From the human T2T-CHM13v2.0 reference genome, Homo sapiens, in the NCBI RefSeq assembly GCF_009914755.1, contig NC_060933.1: a DNA stretch of 64,000 nt; one strand, given 5' to 3'. Below the pieces are notes generated by a model. That model saw nothing but the letters and a program-made list of their open reading frames with translations, ran no database searches and was not told the DNA's origin. Positions 43,599 to 62,029 of the stretch are shown here, piece by piece; position 1 is the first letter of the stretch; the number at the start of each line of letters is the position of its first letter. Position numbers and translations under genes: made by a program.

Positions 43599-43925
43599 CA
43601 GGGTTTAGCAGACTTCAGTCCATACACTGAACCTGTCCTATTGCCTGTTTCTGTACAACCTGCAGCTAAGAATGTTTTTATATTTTTTGAATAATACAAA
43701 AATATCAACAGAATAATAGTTCGTAAAACAAAATTAACAAAATTTAACATTTGTGTCTATGAATAAAGTTGATAATATTGTAACCACAGCCATTTGTTTG
43801 CATATTGTCTACTTTCTTGTTACAACAGGGTTTAGCAGTTGTGACAGAGACTTCTACAATGTTTCCAAAGCCTAAAATATTTACTGTCTTACCCTTTATA
43901 GAAATAAATACTTTGCTGACACTGT
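43599..43925. mobile_element. MER58B-like hAT-Charlie element
   Basis: 'cagggtttagcagact...gctaagaatg...agttgtgacagagac...aagcctaaaatatttactgtc...tttgctgacactg'. Confidence 0.75.
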
Positions 43926-44086
43926 GACTCATAATAATGTTTGCAACTACTTTTTGAATAAGCTCAAAAGTTTACAGACACACACTCCTAAAATATTTGT
44001 TATATTGCTCTTTATAGAAATAATTTGCTTATCCCTGTGAATTATAGTGATGTATACAACTGATTTTTGAATAAGTTAAAAAATTT

Positions 44087-44382
<296 letters not shown>

Positions 44383-44976
44383 TTACACACACACACACAA
44401 ACATGGATTATGGATTGAGTTGCATGTATTTGAATATTAGTTTTGTTATTCTTGCAACTTATTAGGAGGTTTGACACTTTTTCTAAATTACAATTGGGTG
44501 AAATTTTTGCAATTGATAAATTGCTAGATAACATAATCTAGCTCATATTATATGATAACTTTAGATGTTAAATCAGCAATAAACCTTATGAAGATCTATG
44601 TTTCTAGGAAATAATTACTTCAACAAGAAGGGAAAGTAAAGACAGAAGGTAAAACAAAATATAAGACGAAATAAAATAAAGATGGGAATTGAATGCCATA
44701 GAAGTGTGGAAGTTGGAGGGAAAGTTTCTAAAATTATTTGGATAAAAAGGAAGCCATATATTTTACTGAATCTTCTAGATGGGTTTTAATTCTGTATCCT
44801 TTCATACTCACATACTATGCCATTTTTTTCAACTTTTCATTCCACTTGCACTTCCTAACTTATGATGAATTTACCTATATAGAGTCCTTTTATCATTTAG
44901 ACTAAAATTGTATTTATTTGAAGGTAAGAACGGTCATATACTTCTTAGTTGTTTTCAGAATTGAAAACATGGTTGA

Positions 44977-45280
<304 letters not shown>

Positions 45281-47824
45281 GAAAACATGGTTGAAAGTCA
45301 ATATCCATGTGATAAATTGAGTTAGAAAGCCAATGAGAGCTTAGCTAATATAAAGGTGATGGAATTCACTATCAAAACTTTTCAGAGACTTAGAAAAAAT
45401 ATGGAAAATTAGTGAAAATGTAAGAGAATGAAGCTCGAAATCAAGATAATTAAACTGCAAACTTTAAGAAGGCAGGAAAGATATCCTTTACTTAGTTTGT
45501 CTTGTCCAACTAATGGTTAGTTGAATGCCATGCACATAACACATCCCTCTGAGTACTTATTGAATAAATGTAGAATGTCATTCTGGAATAAATTGAGGCA
45601 AGAAACTAGAGGGATAGCAGTGTGAAAAGTGAGATTAATTTATTTGGTATAGAGTCAGTAAATTTAAGTGGGTCATTTGAAACAACAAGCTTAAAAGAAA
45701 ACCAAATAAGCATTTTCAATGCATAGAAATGCAACCATTTTTCTCCTTCTGTACTTTATCCATTCAAACATTGCTTGAAAAAAAATATAACTTTCAGTCT
45801 TGCTTTTTTATCTCCACCAAACTCAGATAATTTTGGTCGTTGATGACCTTTCTAAGCTAATTCCTATTTTAGAATGCTATGGACGAATGAATCTCAAAAC
45901 TTCTTTTAACCAATTTATTTTATTCCATTTCCTAAGGAATAGAAACTTTTTACCTCCAACCCAGGGGAGCTATGAAACAAACTCCCCATTTATTTCCAAT
46001 CCAAACACATTTGATAAAACAGGCAGAGGAATTTTTTATCAGATCTGTATTTTAAATTTTCATGACTGTTGTTCAAGAGTTTCCATTCTTGCTCATAAAT
46101 ATGTAGAGGCTTAAAATTCTTTTCTGAAAAATAAACTGCTACTTTAAATGATTTTAACTCATTTTTATAATACTTTTTTTATTCTCTGATGATCTCTTGC
46201 TGTTTTTCTTTCTCTAGAAATGTTCTAAGAATAAATTAGCTGATATACTAAGAAAGGTTCACAAAATGAGTCCTTCACCTATACAGCACCTCTTCTAAAT
46301 AACAGAGAGATTACAAATCCAATGTATTTAAACTCTGAGTTGTCTATATGTGTAGTGTTATAAAATGTAGCTGTCAGTTTTAACAGCTTTTCCCCCTGAG
46401 ATTTCAGTGGCTAGCTAATGATCTTTTTTAAGAATTAGGACATTTTCTAGATAGCGAAATGGCAGGAAAACATATCAAATACATATTTTTCCATTATAGT
46501 ATTCTGAGGACTGTAAAGTCTTACTCAATGTATATCACTTTTAATTTTTAGGATACATAGAAATATTTGCTAGTAGAAATAAATGGCAAGTGTTTACTTG
46601 AAGATGGTTTAGAAAGATGCTTTTCTCTTTTAATTTGAATTGCTACTGTAAATGTCATCACATGTATTTCAGTATTGTCTATGCCAACTTTGTACCTGAA
46701 AAACAGTATTATGAATTAGGCATTATATTCCATCTTCATAAATTAAAAAAGAAACATAATAACTAGCGAAGTGGAATGAGGAAGGTGTGGGGAGACACAG
46801 AAATTTTCAAAAGTAGTAACAAATTCAAGCATGTATTAGCTTAATATATCATAACTTAAATGATTTAAATTAGGTATATGTTTATACCAATAAGTTTTAA
46901 ATTCTTAATTCTTACCTCATCAAGTACCAACAAAGAATGCCCTTCCATATTAATACACTTTGGGAATTAAGATAAAGTATATGTAATTAAATCATCAAAC
47001 TCCTTTTGTTGTTTAGCAGGTAGTTTGATATAATAAGAGAAATTGTGTTCTCATTATATATTTGTCACAATGAATGAATGTAAAACCTTAATCAGGCTAT
47101 CTGACTTCTTTTAGTGACATTTCCCTTTTTGCAACCAACACATCAAATTAGTAATATTTATCCTACAAAAATAATGTGAAGATAAATGAGATAAGATATA
47201 TAATAGTCACAAATACTTATTGAATAAAGCTGTTTTTATTTATATATTTCTATGTACTTACTAGATATGTTCTTATTAAATATTTTATTATGGTATATGT
47301 CAAGTCTTTTACTTTTTTTATACTTAGTGTATTATAGAACTCACCATCCAATAAAATTGTAATACAATTTTCTTGATTTACTAATCCTAGGTGAAAAAAA
47401 AATATATATATATATATATATGTTGTTTTCTGTTTGAATTATGCTTAGTTGATGGCATTTTCAATAATCTCTCTGATTCTTCCTTTTCCTGTTTAAACTA
47501 CTCTCATTCTCATTGTGGCCTAGAGTTCTTTTTCCCTAATATTGCCTTCAGAAGGCTAAGTTTCTAATATAATAACAATTTGAGTCTTTACCACTTCTCT
47601 CTAGAATCGTGATTTAGACTAGGTTATTAGAGTAAACAATATGATTCCAAATTTTGTCCTTTTTTTAATGGGCTAGCATCCAAAAAGCATAAGAATTCTG
47701 GGGGGAAATGACATAATTAAGCTAGATTATTTTAATTTAAATTCAGAATTAAAAATGATTTTCAATAGCTTCTTTGTCTTAATTTAATAAGCTTTTGTTG
47801 AACATTGATTATATTTTGAATTCT

Positions 47825-48315
47825 ATTTTTTCTTTTGTTTTTAGTTGGCACATAATTATACATATTTATGGGATACAGAGTGATATTTTGATACATGTAT
47901 ACAATATGAAATATTCTAATCAGAGTAATTAGCATACTATCACCTTGTACATTTGTCATTTCCTTGTGATGTGAATATTCAGAATTCTATCTGGTAGGTT
48001 TTTAAAAAAATTCACTGAATTATTGTTAACTTAATTCACCCTACAGTGCTACAGAACGCTAGAGCTATTCCTCCCTTCTAGCTACAACTTTGTTACAAAG
48101 TTAACTTTGCTTACCAACCTCTTTCCATCCTCTTCTTATTCCCATCCTTTCCAGCCTCTGATAACTACAATTCTACTTGTTACTTTTATAAGCTCATTTT
48201 TAGCTCCCACATATAAGTGAGAACATGTGGTTTTTCTCTCTCTGTGCCTGTCTTATTTCACTTAACATAATGTCCTCCAGGCTCATCTACATTGTAACTA
48301 ATAACATGATTTCAA
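47825..48315 (-). mobile_element. L1MA (MA2-MA4-like) 3' end
   Basis: 'tacatatttatgggatacagagtgatattttgatacatgtatacaat...tagctcccacatataagtgagaacatg'. Confidence 0.8.
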
Positions 48316-49495
48316 TTCACTACAAAAGTTAAAAGGATACTCAACAGTGCCAAACATTCTATTTTAGTTTCCCAATGCATTCACTCCCACAGCATTCATA
48401 ACAATAACCTTCTACAAAGTTACCACATGTCTTATGCTAAATTGATGAGATCTCCCAATATTAAGTAAATTCTGTCCCTTAGCTCTCCCTCTCATTTTAG
48501 TATTATCATTCTCATTAATGAATAATTCCCTTTTTGTTAAAAGTTTACATTGACCTACCGTTGTCCTTCAGTTATCAACTTACTTTGTATTCTTTCTTTG
48601 AAAGAAATCAATCAAACAATAGACAGTCTCCTTCAATATTTCCTGTACTGTCTTCAATCCACTTAGCTGAGTACTTTCTTTTTTCTCTACTTACTCACTT
48701 TTTCCCCTGAGTGTTCTCAAGCATTTTCATGAGTTTAAAGGCCAGTTACATGATAGCATCTCAGAATATTTCCAATTTTGGTATCTTCTCTGAGTTAGAG
48801 CTTTGCATAGTCATCTACTTACTTAATATCAAATGTGGATTGTTTTATAGACAACTGAAATTCATAATGTTTTAAGTAGAGTTTTGTTATTTTCTCTGCT
48901 TCCCAGTTTGTGTGTGTATGCTTGTTTGTTTACTTCAGCTGGTGTTCCCATTGATTTTATCTTATCTAATACACCAAAACCCTATCAGTGGCTCTTTTCT
49001 TCAAACTTGCACATATCTTAAATATGTATTTCATTATTTTGAACAAGGTCTCCACCTTCTTGTCGTTTCACTTTAATAGTTTTCTAATTCATTTCCTTGT
49101 GTTTATTCTTGTCCCTGTAAAAATTATTCTTGGTTTAAGAGGCAGAGATATATATGTATTATAAACACAGGGAAACAAATTAGATATAAACCAATTACTA
49201 TAAACCAATGTAATAATAATAATATATATTACTTTTTTTCTATTTTTTTATTTCTTCTTTTTCTTTTTTATTTTTTGTAATGTAAGCAAGATTCTTTCCC
49301 TCCTCTGCCTTAAATCCTTTAGTTACTTGTGGAGTACAATTACAAATCTCCAGGATGCTAAAGCTCTGCTCTGCTGTCTACAACCACAGGCACCATTCAA
49401 GACCCTCACTCCTAATGAGACAGGGCTCTTTCCACTCTTGAAACACAGTTTTTCCCCATGGCAGGGTTTTGCACAAGGTAACATCTTGTCTTTGA

Positions 49496-49877
<382 letters not shown>

Positions 49878-50403
49878 TTACATTTCATTTTCTTGGAGAG
49901 ATCTTCACATGACTCCAAGCTATCACCAGTTATGTGCTATCGTAGAACATGGTTTATCCAGAAATAGTGATAACTTTAATCACTATTGATCATTCTTTGG
50001 TTTTCTTTACATTTATTTTATATCTTAAACACTGTAATATAAAAGACCTCAGGGATGGACCATGAATTTCATATTTAGCACAATACTTCAGAAGATCCAT
50101 CCTATCCTTTTTCTTTTTTATTCATTTTATTTTAAAATTTTCATTTTGAACTACTTTAAAGCTTACAAAAATATATTTTAAAAAATCAAGAATTCCTATA
50201 TATTCTTCACCCAGCTTCTTGACTGCTAACACCATATCTAAGAGTACAGTTACTCACATTAGGAAATTGATACGGAATTAGTTACTTACCTACAGACCTT
50301 ATTTACATATTTTGTTCATGGTTCCACTAATGTTTTTTAACTAGGATCAAAATCAGGGTCACATATTGCATTTATCTGCTACATTTCTTTAGTTTTCTTT
50401 ATT

Positions 50404-50692
50404 CGGGTGCGGAGGCTCATGCCTGTAATCCCAGCACTTTGGGAGGCCGAGGCGGGCGGATCATGAGGACAGGAGATGGAGACCATCCTAGCTAAAACGG
50501 TGAAACCCCGTCTCTACTAAAAATACAAAAAATTAGCTGGCGTGGTGGCGGGCACCTGTAGTCCCAGCTACTTGGGAGGCTGAGGCAGGAAAATGGCGTG
50601 AACCCAGGAGGCGGAGCTTTCAGTGAGCAGAGATCACGCCTCTGCACTCCAGCCTTGGCAACAGTGCAAGACTCCATCTCAAAAAAAAAAAA
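50404..50692 (+). mobile_element. AluY
   Basis: 'gagaccatcctagctaaaacggtgaaacccc', 'atggcgtgaacccagg'; polyA. Confidence 0.9.
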
Positions 50693-51565
50693 GTTAAAAA
50701 AGAAAATTCAGCTTTTCTTTTTGTCTTTCATGCCCTTGATACTTGTTTTTTGTAGATTATTTTGAAGTTTGATTTTTTTCTAATATTTCTTCATGGTTAA
50801 ATTCACATAATATATTTTGGCAAGAATGCCACAATGCCGAGGTTGTCCTTCTCAGTGCATCATATCAGGAGGCACATGATATTATCGTGTCCTAATATTG
50901 TTGACGTTAACTCTGATCACTTGAATAAGACATTGTCTGCCACATTTCTCCACTTCAAAGTTACCATTTTTAAAATCAGTATTTTGTTGAGAGATACTTG
51001 GAGATTATGTAAATATCTTGTTTCTCATAATTGTATCCACTAATTTTAGCAGACTTGTCTGCAACAATTATGTGGTATTTGCCAAGAAATGAGAATCTAT
51101 TTCCACTATTCTTTCTATATTTATTGATTAGAATTCTACTGTATGGAAAAGCTTTCCTTTGTCCCACTTTTCTTATTTATCCAATTATTTATTTATATTA
51201 GTGTGGATTCATGTGTATTTGGTTTAATTAATCTGAATAATCTATTGCCATCATTATTTATTCCCTTGTTCAATTTATCTCAGTTTGGGTCACTGAGAGC
51301 CACTTCTAGTTAGCTCCTATGTTCTTTGGCATGTCTCAATCATTAGTTGAGACTTCCTTATTTTCTTAACAACAACAGATGTCTCAGACCCATTTTGTTC
51401 TTTCTGCCGCATGCACCTAGAATCAGGCATTGATCCAAGGAGCTCTGTATCCTTTTAAAGAAGAAAAAAGTGAATCCAAGATTTGAATGCTAGATGTGCT
51501 GATTGCTATTAAAATGTTATTGCTTCTAGTCTTAGTGGTTAAAATTAAGAAATATACACACATTC

Positions 51566-51877
<312 letters not shown>

Positions 51878-52099
51878 TCACACACAAACATGTGCGTCTA
51901 GGTCTATTTATATATCTACACATTCTTTTCAATTTCTATCTAACGTAGAAAAAAAGTAAACTTAAGTATATATTGATAGTTTTGATTCTGATTGAACACC
52001 ATAAGCGTTATTCTAGTCTCCACTCCCCCTCATTTCTAAATTCTTTTTCTAAAACGGAATCAGTTTTGTTTTAGTTAATATACTTAATATAATTATTTG

Positions 52100-52243
52100 C
52101 TTTTTATTTTTTTTTTAAATTTCAACTTTTAGATTTGAGGATATATGTGAGTGTTTGTTACAGAGTATACTGCATGATGCTGAGGTTTGGGTATGACTGA
52201 ACCCATCATCCAGGTAGTGAGCATAGAACCCAAGAGGTATTTT
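52100..52243 (-). mobile_element. L1PA15/16-like short 3' end
   Basis: 'tactgcatgatgctgaggtttggg...ccaggtagtgagcatag'. Confidence 0.7.
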
Positions 52244-54860
52244 CTATGGCACTTTACACATTCTAGAAAACTGGTTGTTAATTAGCACAAGCACCTATAA
52301 TAGTGCCTGATATATTTAGTACTCAAAATATATGTTAAATTAAAAACAAATGTATAAATTAATGGTTGAATATCATAATAATTACTCAAAATGTAACATA
52401 ATTCCAAAGGAGAAAACTTTTTTCTAAAAAGGCTCTCTCAATTGCTCTTTCTGATTTACTATTTTCCCCAATCTGTAGTTGCTTCATTATTGTTTGGAAT
52501 TTTGCATTAGTTGTCAATAAACAAAAAATATGGATCATATCACAGCTCTTTCATTGCTTTCATTTCTTGAGATATATGAATGTATGTGATATCTTTGATG
52601 TCCTGTATTTTATCTTTATTGCTTTTTGTTACTTAAGAACATCTAGAAAAGAAGATAAATATTAATCATGTCAGAAATTATCAAAGGTTGATTACAATAA
52701 AAATTTCTCTAATGTGATAACCACTCAAAACTTCCTTCTTCATCAAAACACAGTATTTTTTAAAAAATGGAGTGCTGCATTTTTATTTCACAGAAAATAA
52801 TCAAATGATAGCCAGAATATTTTGAACTAGAGTCACATAGGATATTCTAATAATACTGCTTGTGAAAGAAGTATTGAGGAGGTCTTAGGACCAAAGAATA
52901 TTTGTTTAATAGTGTCAGAATTCATTTTAACACCATAAAAAGGATATGTATTTGTTCAATTTTCACTCACTGCACAAAGAATTAGATAAAAGAAGATTTT
53001 CAGTAATAGCATTCATTTTGAGTCTTACCAATCCTTTCAGTTTTGGTATAACAAAAATGCTATTAGCTTTTACTCTGTTGTGTTGAATTTTGATGATTTC
53101 TGACAGTCTTCACTGAGATGCTCAAAGAGATGAGACTTGCCAGTCGAAAAACTTAAGATCTCATTAAATTTACCAGCAACATAAAAGCTATTTCTGCCTC
53201 TTAACTTTTTGATGTGTTGCCTTTTTCTAGTCCTCTTCTCAGGACCTATTTAAAAGACAATAAAAACTTTGTTTTTGTGTGTTGAAAGATTTCTCCATTA
53301 TCAAGAGAGTAGTCCTTAACTTTAGAATGACTGCATATATAGATATGAAAAATAAGGAAACAATTATTAAGAAAACTAATCGAATTTTTTACTAATATTT
53401 AGTAATTTTAACAAAATTATTGTGCATTGTATTTTGTAGCATTTATGCAGAGGATATACTAACCTGTTTAAATTTTTAGACAAAAATAGTAGAAAATAGA
53501 ACATCGTCATTTTCAGGAGCAAGGAAGTAACCTGTGAAAAAGTGAATGCCTTTCTTCAAATAATATGCTAATGAAAGGCTGAGATATTAATGTCTAAATA
53601 TTATAAAACTTTCATTTTAATATAATGTTTTACTTTATATTTATATTATATTGTATAACAAAGAAATGTGAGTCTTGTTACACCTGAGAACTTGAACTGG
53701 CAATCTACATATTGTTGTTGAAACAATTTTAAGTTAAACATACAATGAGAGGGAAAAATGATTCTGTTGCCTCAATTTTAAAAGGAATATTTTGAAGAAC
53801 CAATTTTCCATATAATAGCTTGTTATGATCTTGCCTTTTAGCCTCCCTGGATAAAGAAATGCATACTTATAATAATTGAAGGAAGACAATTTTCCTTGTT
53901 TTCTGCAAATTAGAAATATATTAGGCTATTAAATACATAATTCAAAATATACAGAATAAAGGTATTATAGAACCTAAGAATTATATAAAGAATTATATAC
54001 ATAAAGTAATGAATACATATACAAATAGTATAAAAATACTAAAAATAGTATTTGCTTATTGATTAATTACTATGGGTATTATATAACTCTTAGTTTCTAC
54101 ATTGCTTTTCTATTCTTAGTTATTATAATAGGTATATTATAATTACTAATATGTATAAACTACTTATAGTTTATATGAATGTGTTATATGTACATGTATA
54201 TTATAATAACTAATACCTATAAACTATTTACAATTATATGTATTATAATAACTAATAAATATAAACTACTTATTGTCAAAACTGTTTTTAACTATTAAAA
54301 GATAAAGCACACAGATATGTTTTCTTTACTAGGTATTCCCAGAAGCACTCATAAAACTCGGGGTTTTCATATAGCAGTGATTACAGACTTGATATTTTTA
54401 TTATTCCCATTTTATAGATTAAGAGCACAAGACCCATATTAGTGTTATTTAGCCATGTCATAGAGCCAATTCCCAGATATTTTTTCCACTTGTTTTGTCA
54501 TGAAGAATGAGAAGTAGAATCAGCATCAAGTTTGTGCTAAACAAGTACAATAATAAGAAGCACAGCAAATGCTGACTAGACTGTAAGAATATTTTTGCTT
54601 TTAGGCCACCCGAAAAAGATAAGATATATGAGGTGATCAAAGTGAATAATTATATAAACAAGAGGAATTAGAATATGAATAAGCCAGGAAAAATAGGAAT
54701 AGGCCAAGAAAACACACACACCCATTTCTTATTTAAACCTAAAGGGAGACAAATTCATTCAATCTATACATATTTATTTTGCTACCTCAATAGAGATAAA
54801 TATCTTCTCTAAGAAAAATCCCACTTTACTTAATATGTATCACATTTACCTAATAAATAA

Positions 54861-55194
<334 letters not shown>

Positions 55195-55390
55195 TCATTT
55201 ATTTTCATATAAAATATAGGGTCAAGTATGTTGAGATATTAGTTACGTTATATTTTGCTCAGTATTGCCTGAGAGTTGGATTATTTTATCATTGTAGAGA
55301 ATAGCTTCTAGATTATGAGAATATTAAATAAAATAAACTGGAGAGACTCTCAGCAGCAAACTATGGTATGTAAGTACATATGTAAATATG

Positions 55391-55464
55391 TATCTATCTA
55401 TCTATCTATCTAATCTATCTTATCTATCTATCTATCATCTATCTATCCATCTATCTATCTATCT
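55391..55464. repeat. (TATC)n / GATA tetranucleotide microsatellite
   Basis: Interrupted tatc array visible in the sequence. Confidence 0.9.
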
Positions 55465-55699
55465 CCTTTTCTTTCATTTATGTCTGGATCTGTACCAAAC
55501 ACCAGGCAGAGGAGTTAGGAGAAGTAACTGAAAAACCCATGGGTGACATCACCAACTAAAACAGGTGACAAATAATCAGCATGAAACCCAGAATACAAGA
55601 GTAATTGTCCTAATCACTGGCAGCATAGGGCCAGTACCAGCTGGAGTTAATGGCAAAGATAAAATGAAGATAAAAGGAAGTATTGTAAGATCTTAATAT

Positions 55700-57250
55700 C
55701 AATAAACTACAACAAGAAATCATCAATAATGCTCACTCGCAAAAGAAAAATACTTACCCTGAAGAAAAACAATTGGAACAAAATCAAAATTAATCAGAGA
55801 ATCAGATAATCTGAGACAAGTAAGATAATTTTTAGAAAATAATTTTTAGAAAAAAATAATTTGAAGGTACATAAAATCAAATAGAAGTGGTACAAACTAT
55901 AGTAAGAGATATAGAGTATAAAAATAAGAGTAAAAAACAGAAATTGAGAGATTAAAACATCTAAAAATTTTCTAAACATAAAACTTAGGCAAAGAATAGT
56001 AATACCCGTGTAATGGTTATTTCTAAGAACAAAAATTAAAATAAAAAATAATATTAATTATTTGAGCATGAAGGTAAAAGGATAAGAAGTTTATATTGAT
56101 AATAGACTTCTTGATAGCAATATTTTATACAGGATGATAATCAAGAAATGGTTTAATGATTATGAAACAGATAACACAGTAGCGAGATGAGATTTTATTC
56201 ATCCAAACTATGAATCATGTCTAAGGAATGTAGAACATCATGAATATTTATGATTTTAAAAAACATTGTTCCTGTGATGGCTTTTTTAGAAATGTCCTAC
56301 CTACTGACAAGAAGACAAACATCATGTGAAGCTTCTGGATAAGGACTAAATATGTTTAATTTTATAATTAAGAGCAAGTAATGGGGATTAAAGTGACAAA
56401 ACATGATGCTATTAAGTGTGTTAAACATGAAGAAATAATGCAACTCAACAACAAACAGAAAAAAGGAGAAGAAAAAGAAAGTAGACGAATCTTAATGACT
56501 ATCTCGGGAGTATCTAACTGCCATTAAAAAATATGGAATTAAAGTAAATAAATGTTAAGCCAAAAGAGAGAAGAAAGGAAAGAGAGTTTACTAGAGAACA
56601 GTATTACTACTCATTGAAGAAAACAATAGATAGTATTCAAACACACTAGAGGACTAGTATATTTTATTATAATATTATTATAAGATAATAATAAGAATAA
56701 ACATAGAAACATTTATAAATACCAGATGAGTATATCCTGCGCCTCAAATTAAAGTGTAAATACAGGGCAAGATTTTATATAAATTATTTATATAGCAAAA
56801 ACTTATATAACAGAACTTAACACCAGCATAACAGGTATATCAAAGACACAAATGGGCTTAACTCACCATTAAATGGCGTACTTTTAGATTGGCTAATGGA
56901 GCAGAATCCAATCTATTCTGTGTGCAAGAAACATATTGAACAAGGCAATTCAGAATGGTTTAATGTAAAAGGAAGAGCAAAGATAGATCTTGTATGATAG
57001 CAAGATCCTGAAATAGTTGTCAGAATTTTGCTATGAGACAAGATAGAATTTAAGACAAAATAAATTTAACAGGATAAGGAAGGGAAATTTATTCTACAGA
57101 AGGATTCATGCTTCATTCTACATTAAAAATAAAATATATATTAATAACATACACAAAATTACAATTTTCATAAAGCAGAAATAACAGAAGTTGAAGGAAG
57201 AAATAGACATTAAAACTGGAGATTTTAACATAGCTTATTAATTGGTAAGT
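55700..57250 (+). mobile_element. Ancient L1M ORF1 3' part and ORF2 endonuclease remnant
   Basis: 'aaatgggcttaactcaccattaaa' (NGLNSP), 'tattctgtgtgcaagaaacata' (CxQET) and 'ctggagattttaaca' (GDFN) endonuclease motifs, heavily decayed. Confidence 0.6.
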
Positions 57251-57308
57251 CCTTGAAGAATGCAAATAAGCCTCACTTTTAGTAATTAAAAAAAATTAAC
57301 ACAAATAC

Positions 57309-57713
57309 TGACAAAGACTCTCTCCTTCATCAAACTTTAGTCAGATTTTTGAGCTCTCCTCTCAACTAGATCTTCATCTAGGCCCCTTGCCTAGTCTCCA
57401 TAGCTCACTTTTAACAAGAATCCTTAAGTCCATATAGAGAGAATCTTGATATCTGATCACCCTGAGCTGCCTTCAGCAAGAATCCTGTTAATTTGGTTTA
57501 GCAAGAGTTCCCCTACTTTTGACGTCTCCTCTTAATAATTTTCCATCCACTGACCCCTTCACACTGCTCTTTTGCTACAAATTTCCATGTGTGCTTGTAT
57601 TTGGAATTGAGCTCATTTCTCTACTAAAGTCTCTTTTCCTGTGTTGCAATAATTTCTGAATAAAATCTTTCTTTACTGCTTTAATTACCCTCTGGCTCTG
57701 GTTCTCCTTGACA
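57309..57713 (+). mobile_element. MER31-like ERV1 solo LTR
   Basis: Starts 'tgacaaagactctctcctt..caaactttagtcag' and ends 'ggctctggttctccttgaca'; near-TSD atac/ttac. Confidence 0.8.
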
Positions 57714-57790
57714 TTACTCTTTGAAGAATCACTTTAGGGGAAAAGAATAAATGCAAAAAGACAAAGTCAGAGACTATTATCCGAATATAG

Positions 57791-59934
<2,144 letters not shown>

Positions 59935-59974
59935 GAATGGAGATAATGATGACGGTGATGTCTTGGATAGTGAT

Positions 59975-60345
59975 TGCAATGGACTGCATGGCTGTTGCCA
60001 CCCTGTCTCTGAAACTTATAGGTGGAAATCCTAACCCTTAATATGATGGTATTAGGAGGTGGGACTTTCAGGAGGTGGTTACATCATGAGGTTGGAGCCC
60101 TTCTAAATGGAACTAGTTCCCCTATATAATAGACCCAAGAGAGTTCTCTCACTCTCTGACATGTGAGGATACAAGAAGAAAATGGTAGTCTGCAACTTAG
60201 AAGAGAGATATCACTGAAACCTGGTCACTCTGGTACCATGGTCTCAGACTTCTAGCCTTTAGAACTGTGAAAAAATTGATATTTGTTATTTCTAAGCCAC
60301 CTAGTCTATAGGTCTTTGTGATAGCAGTCAGAATTGACTAAAACA
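59975..60345 (+). mobile_element. MLT1A-like MaLR LTR inserted in a minus-strand L2 (~57715-60900)
   Basis: 'tgcaatggactg...gatggtattaggaggtggg...gactaaaaca'; 5-bp near-TSD gtgat/gtaat. Confidence 0.8.
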
Positions 60346-62029
60346 GTAATAGTAGCAATGGCAATGGAAAGAGTGAATGCATTTGATATATACTTTGAAG
60401 AAAGAAATAACAGGACTATCAGTCATGTGGACGTTTGGCATGAGAGAAATGCAAGATGGTAGTTAAACAAATTTGTGTCTAAGTCTGAAGGTTGAAGAAT
60501 AGTCAAAGGTAAAAGTAAAGCTATGGGAGTTACCGACACTTATGAGCCTTTTAAAGGAATTATTTATTTTTATTGTTAAATCACCAAGGAAGGGTTGAAA
60601 CAGACAATAGAAATTAATGCCAAATGAGCTGAAAAAAAAATGTATTGCAATTGAGTTGGGAATAAAAAGCTGAGGTGGCAAGAAGAAAAGCAAGGTTGGC
60701 ATATTTTTAAAGAACTCTATAATGAATAATGTTTTGAAGAGGAAGAAATTTTCAACAATTTGAAATGCTGCTGAGACTTTGGGAAATGTGAATGGTGCCC
60801 ATGTAGAAGTTATTGACAGTCATTGAAACAACACTCCCTTTAGCATTATGTATAAGAAACTAGATTAGAATGAAACAAATGGATTCTTAATTCCAGAATT
60901 GTGGAGAAATAGAAAATCTAAAAACGTATTGGAAACACAAGAAATGCAACATGAGCTATAATAACCATCCATTTCAATAAAATTAGAGGATTTCAGGTTC
61001 AGTCCATGATAAAGTAGCACAAACTCACACCCTGAAGTTGGCTAGAAAAGCTGGGCAAAATATGTTAGACAACTGTTGGAAGACACCGGAGAACAATCAA
61101 TGTATACAGAGCTTGAGTGGGATCATTATTAAAAAGAAATAATTATAGACTATAAATTACATTCACTCAGATGTTTTTCCTCTAATAACATTTCCCAAAT
61201 ACTGATGTGAAGAAAGAAAGCATACACGGAAAGTGAAATTTTACTGTGTTGAGGTGACAGAGATTAGAGTTCAGAGTATCTAGTGTGTATGGGGCTCACG
61301 AGACAAATTTCCAAGAAGGAGGTAACCACAGAGAGAGAGCCTGAATATCTGCATACAAATGCCCCTTAAGTGTGGCCAGTATCAAAGATATGTATGCACA
61401 AGGTGAGACGTCAAGAAGCCTAGCAGAAATCAATAAATGGGAGGTTGGAGTGCTGAGTTTAGATTTCAGCTAGTGGTTTAGAGAAGAAAGAGGCTGTGGT
61501 TCAAACACTGGTAATTATAGAGGATGAGATGGGAGTGAGAAACTATATGGCTAAATGTGGTCATTCTTCAGGTTTTAGCTTTTATGCAGGGTGCTATATG
61601 CTGGTTGCTTCTAACACTGTAAAAGTTATTATTTAATTACCTACATATAAAAGATGACCATGAATAGGCATAAGATGAAAGTATGTCATTAATCAAAATG
61701 ATGATTAATTCAATTCTCTATAATTGTGATTCAATTAAAAAGAATATTATTCATCACATTCACAGAGTAAATGAGAAAAATCACATAATTTCAGTAGATG
61801 CAGATACATAAGATCTGTATCCTAACAGATATTGATACAAAGAAGTATTTGATAAAATTTATCATTAATTTACTGTATATCTATATGCTCTTATTAAACT
61901 AGGATTTAAAAGACACTTCATTAAGTTGATAAAGTGTATCTTTTGAAATCCTATAAACAATATCTTATGACATAATAATGTGGGAATGTTAGAAGGCTTG
62001 CTTTTAAACCTGGGAACAAGAAGAGATTC

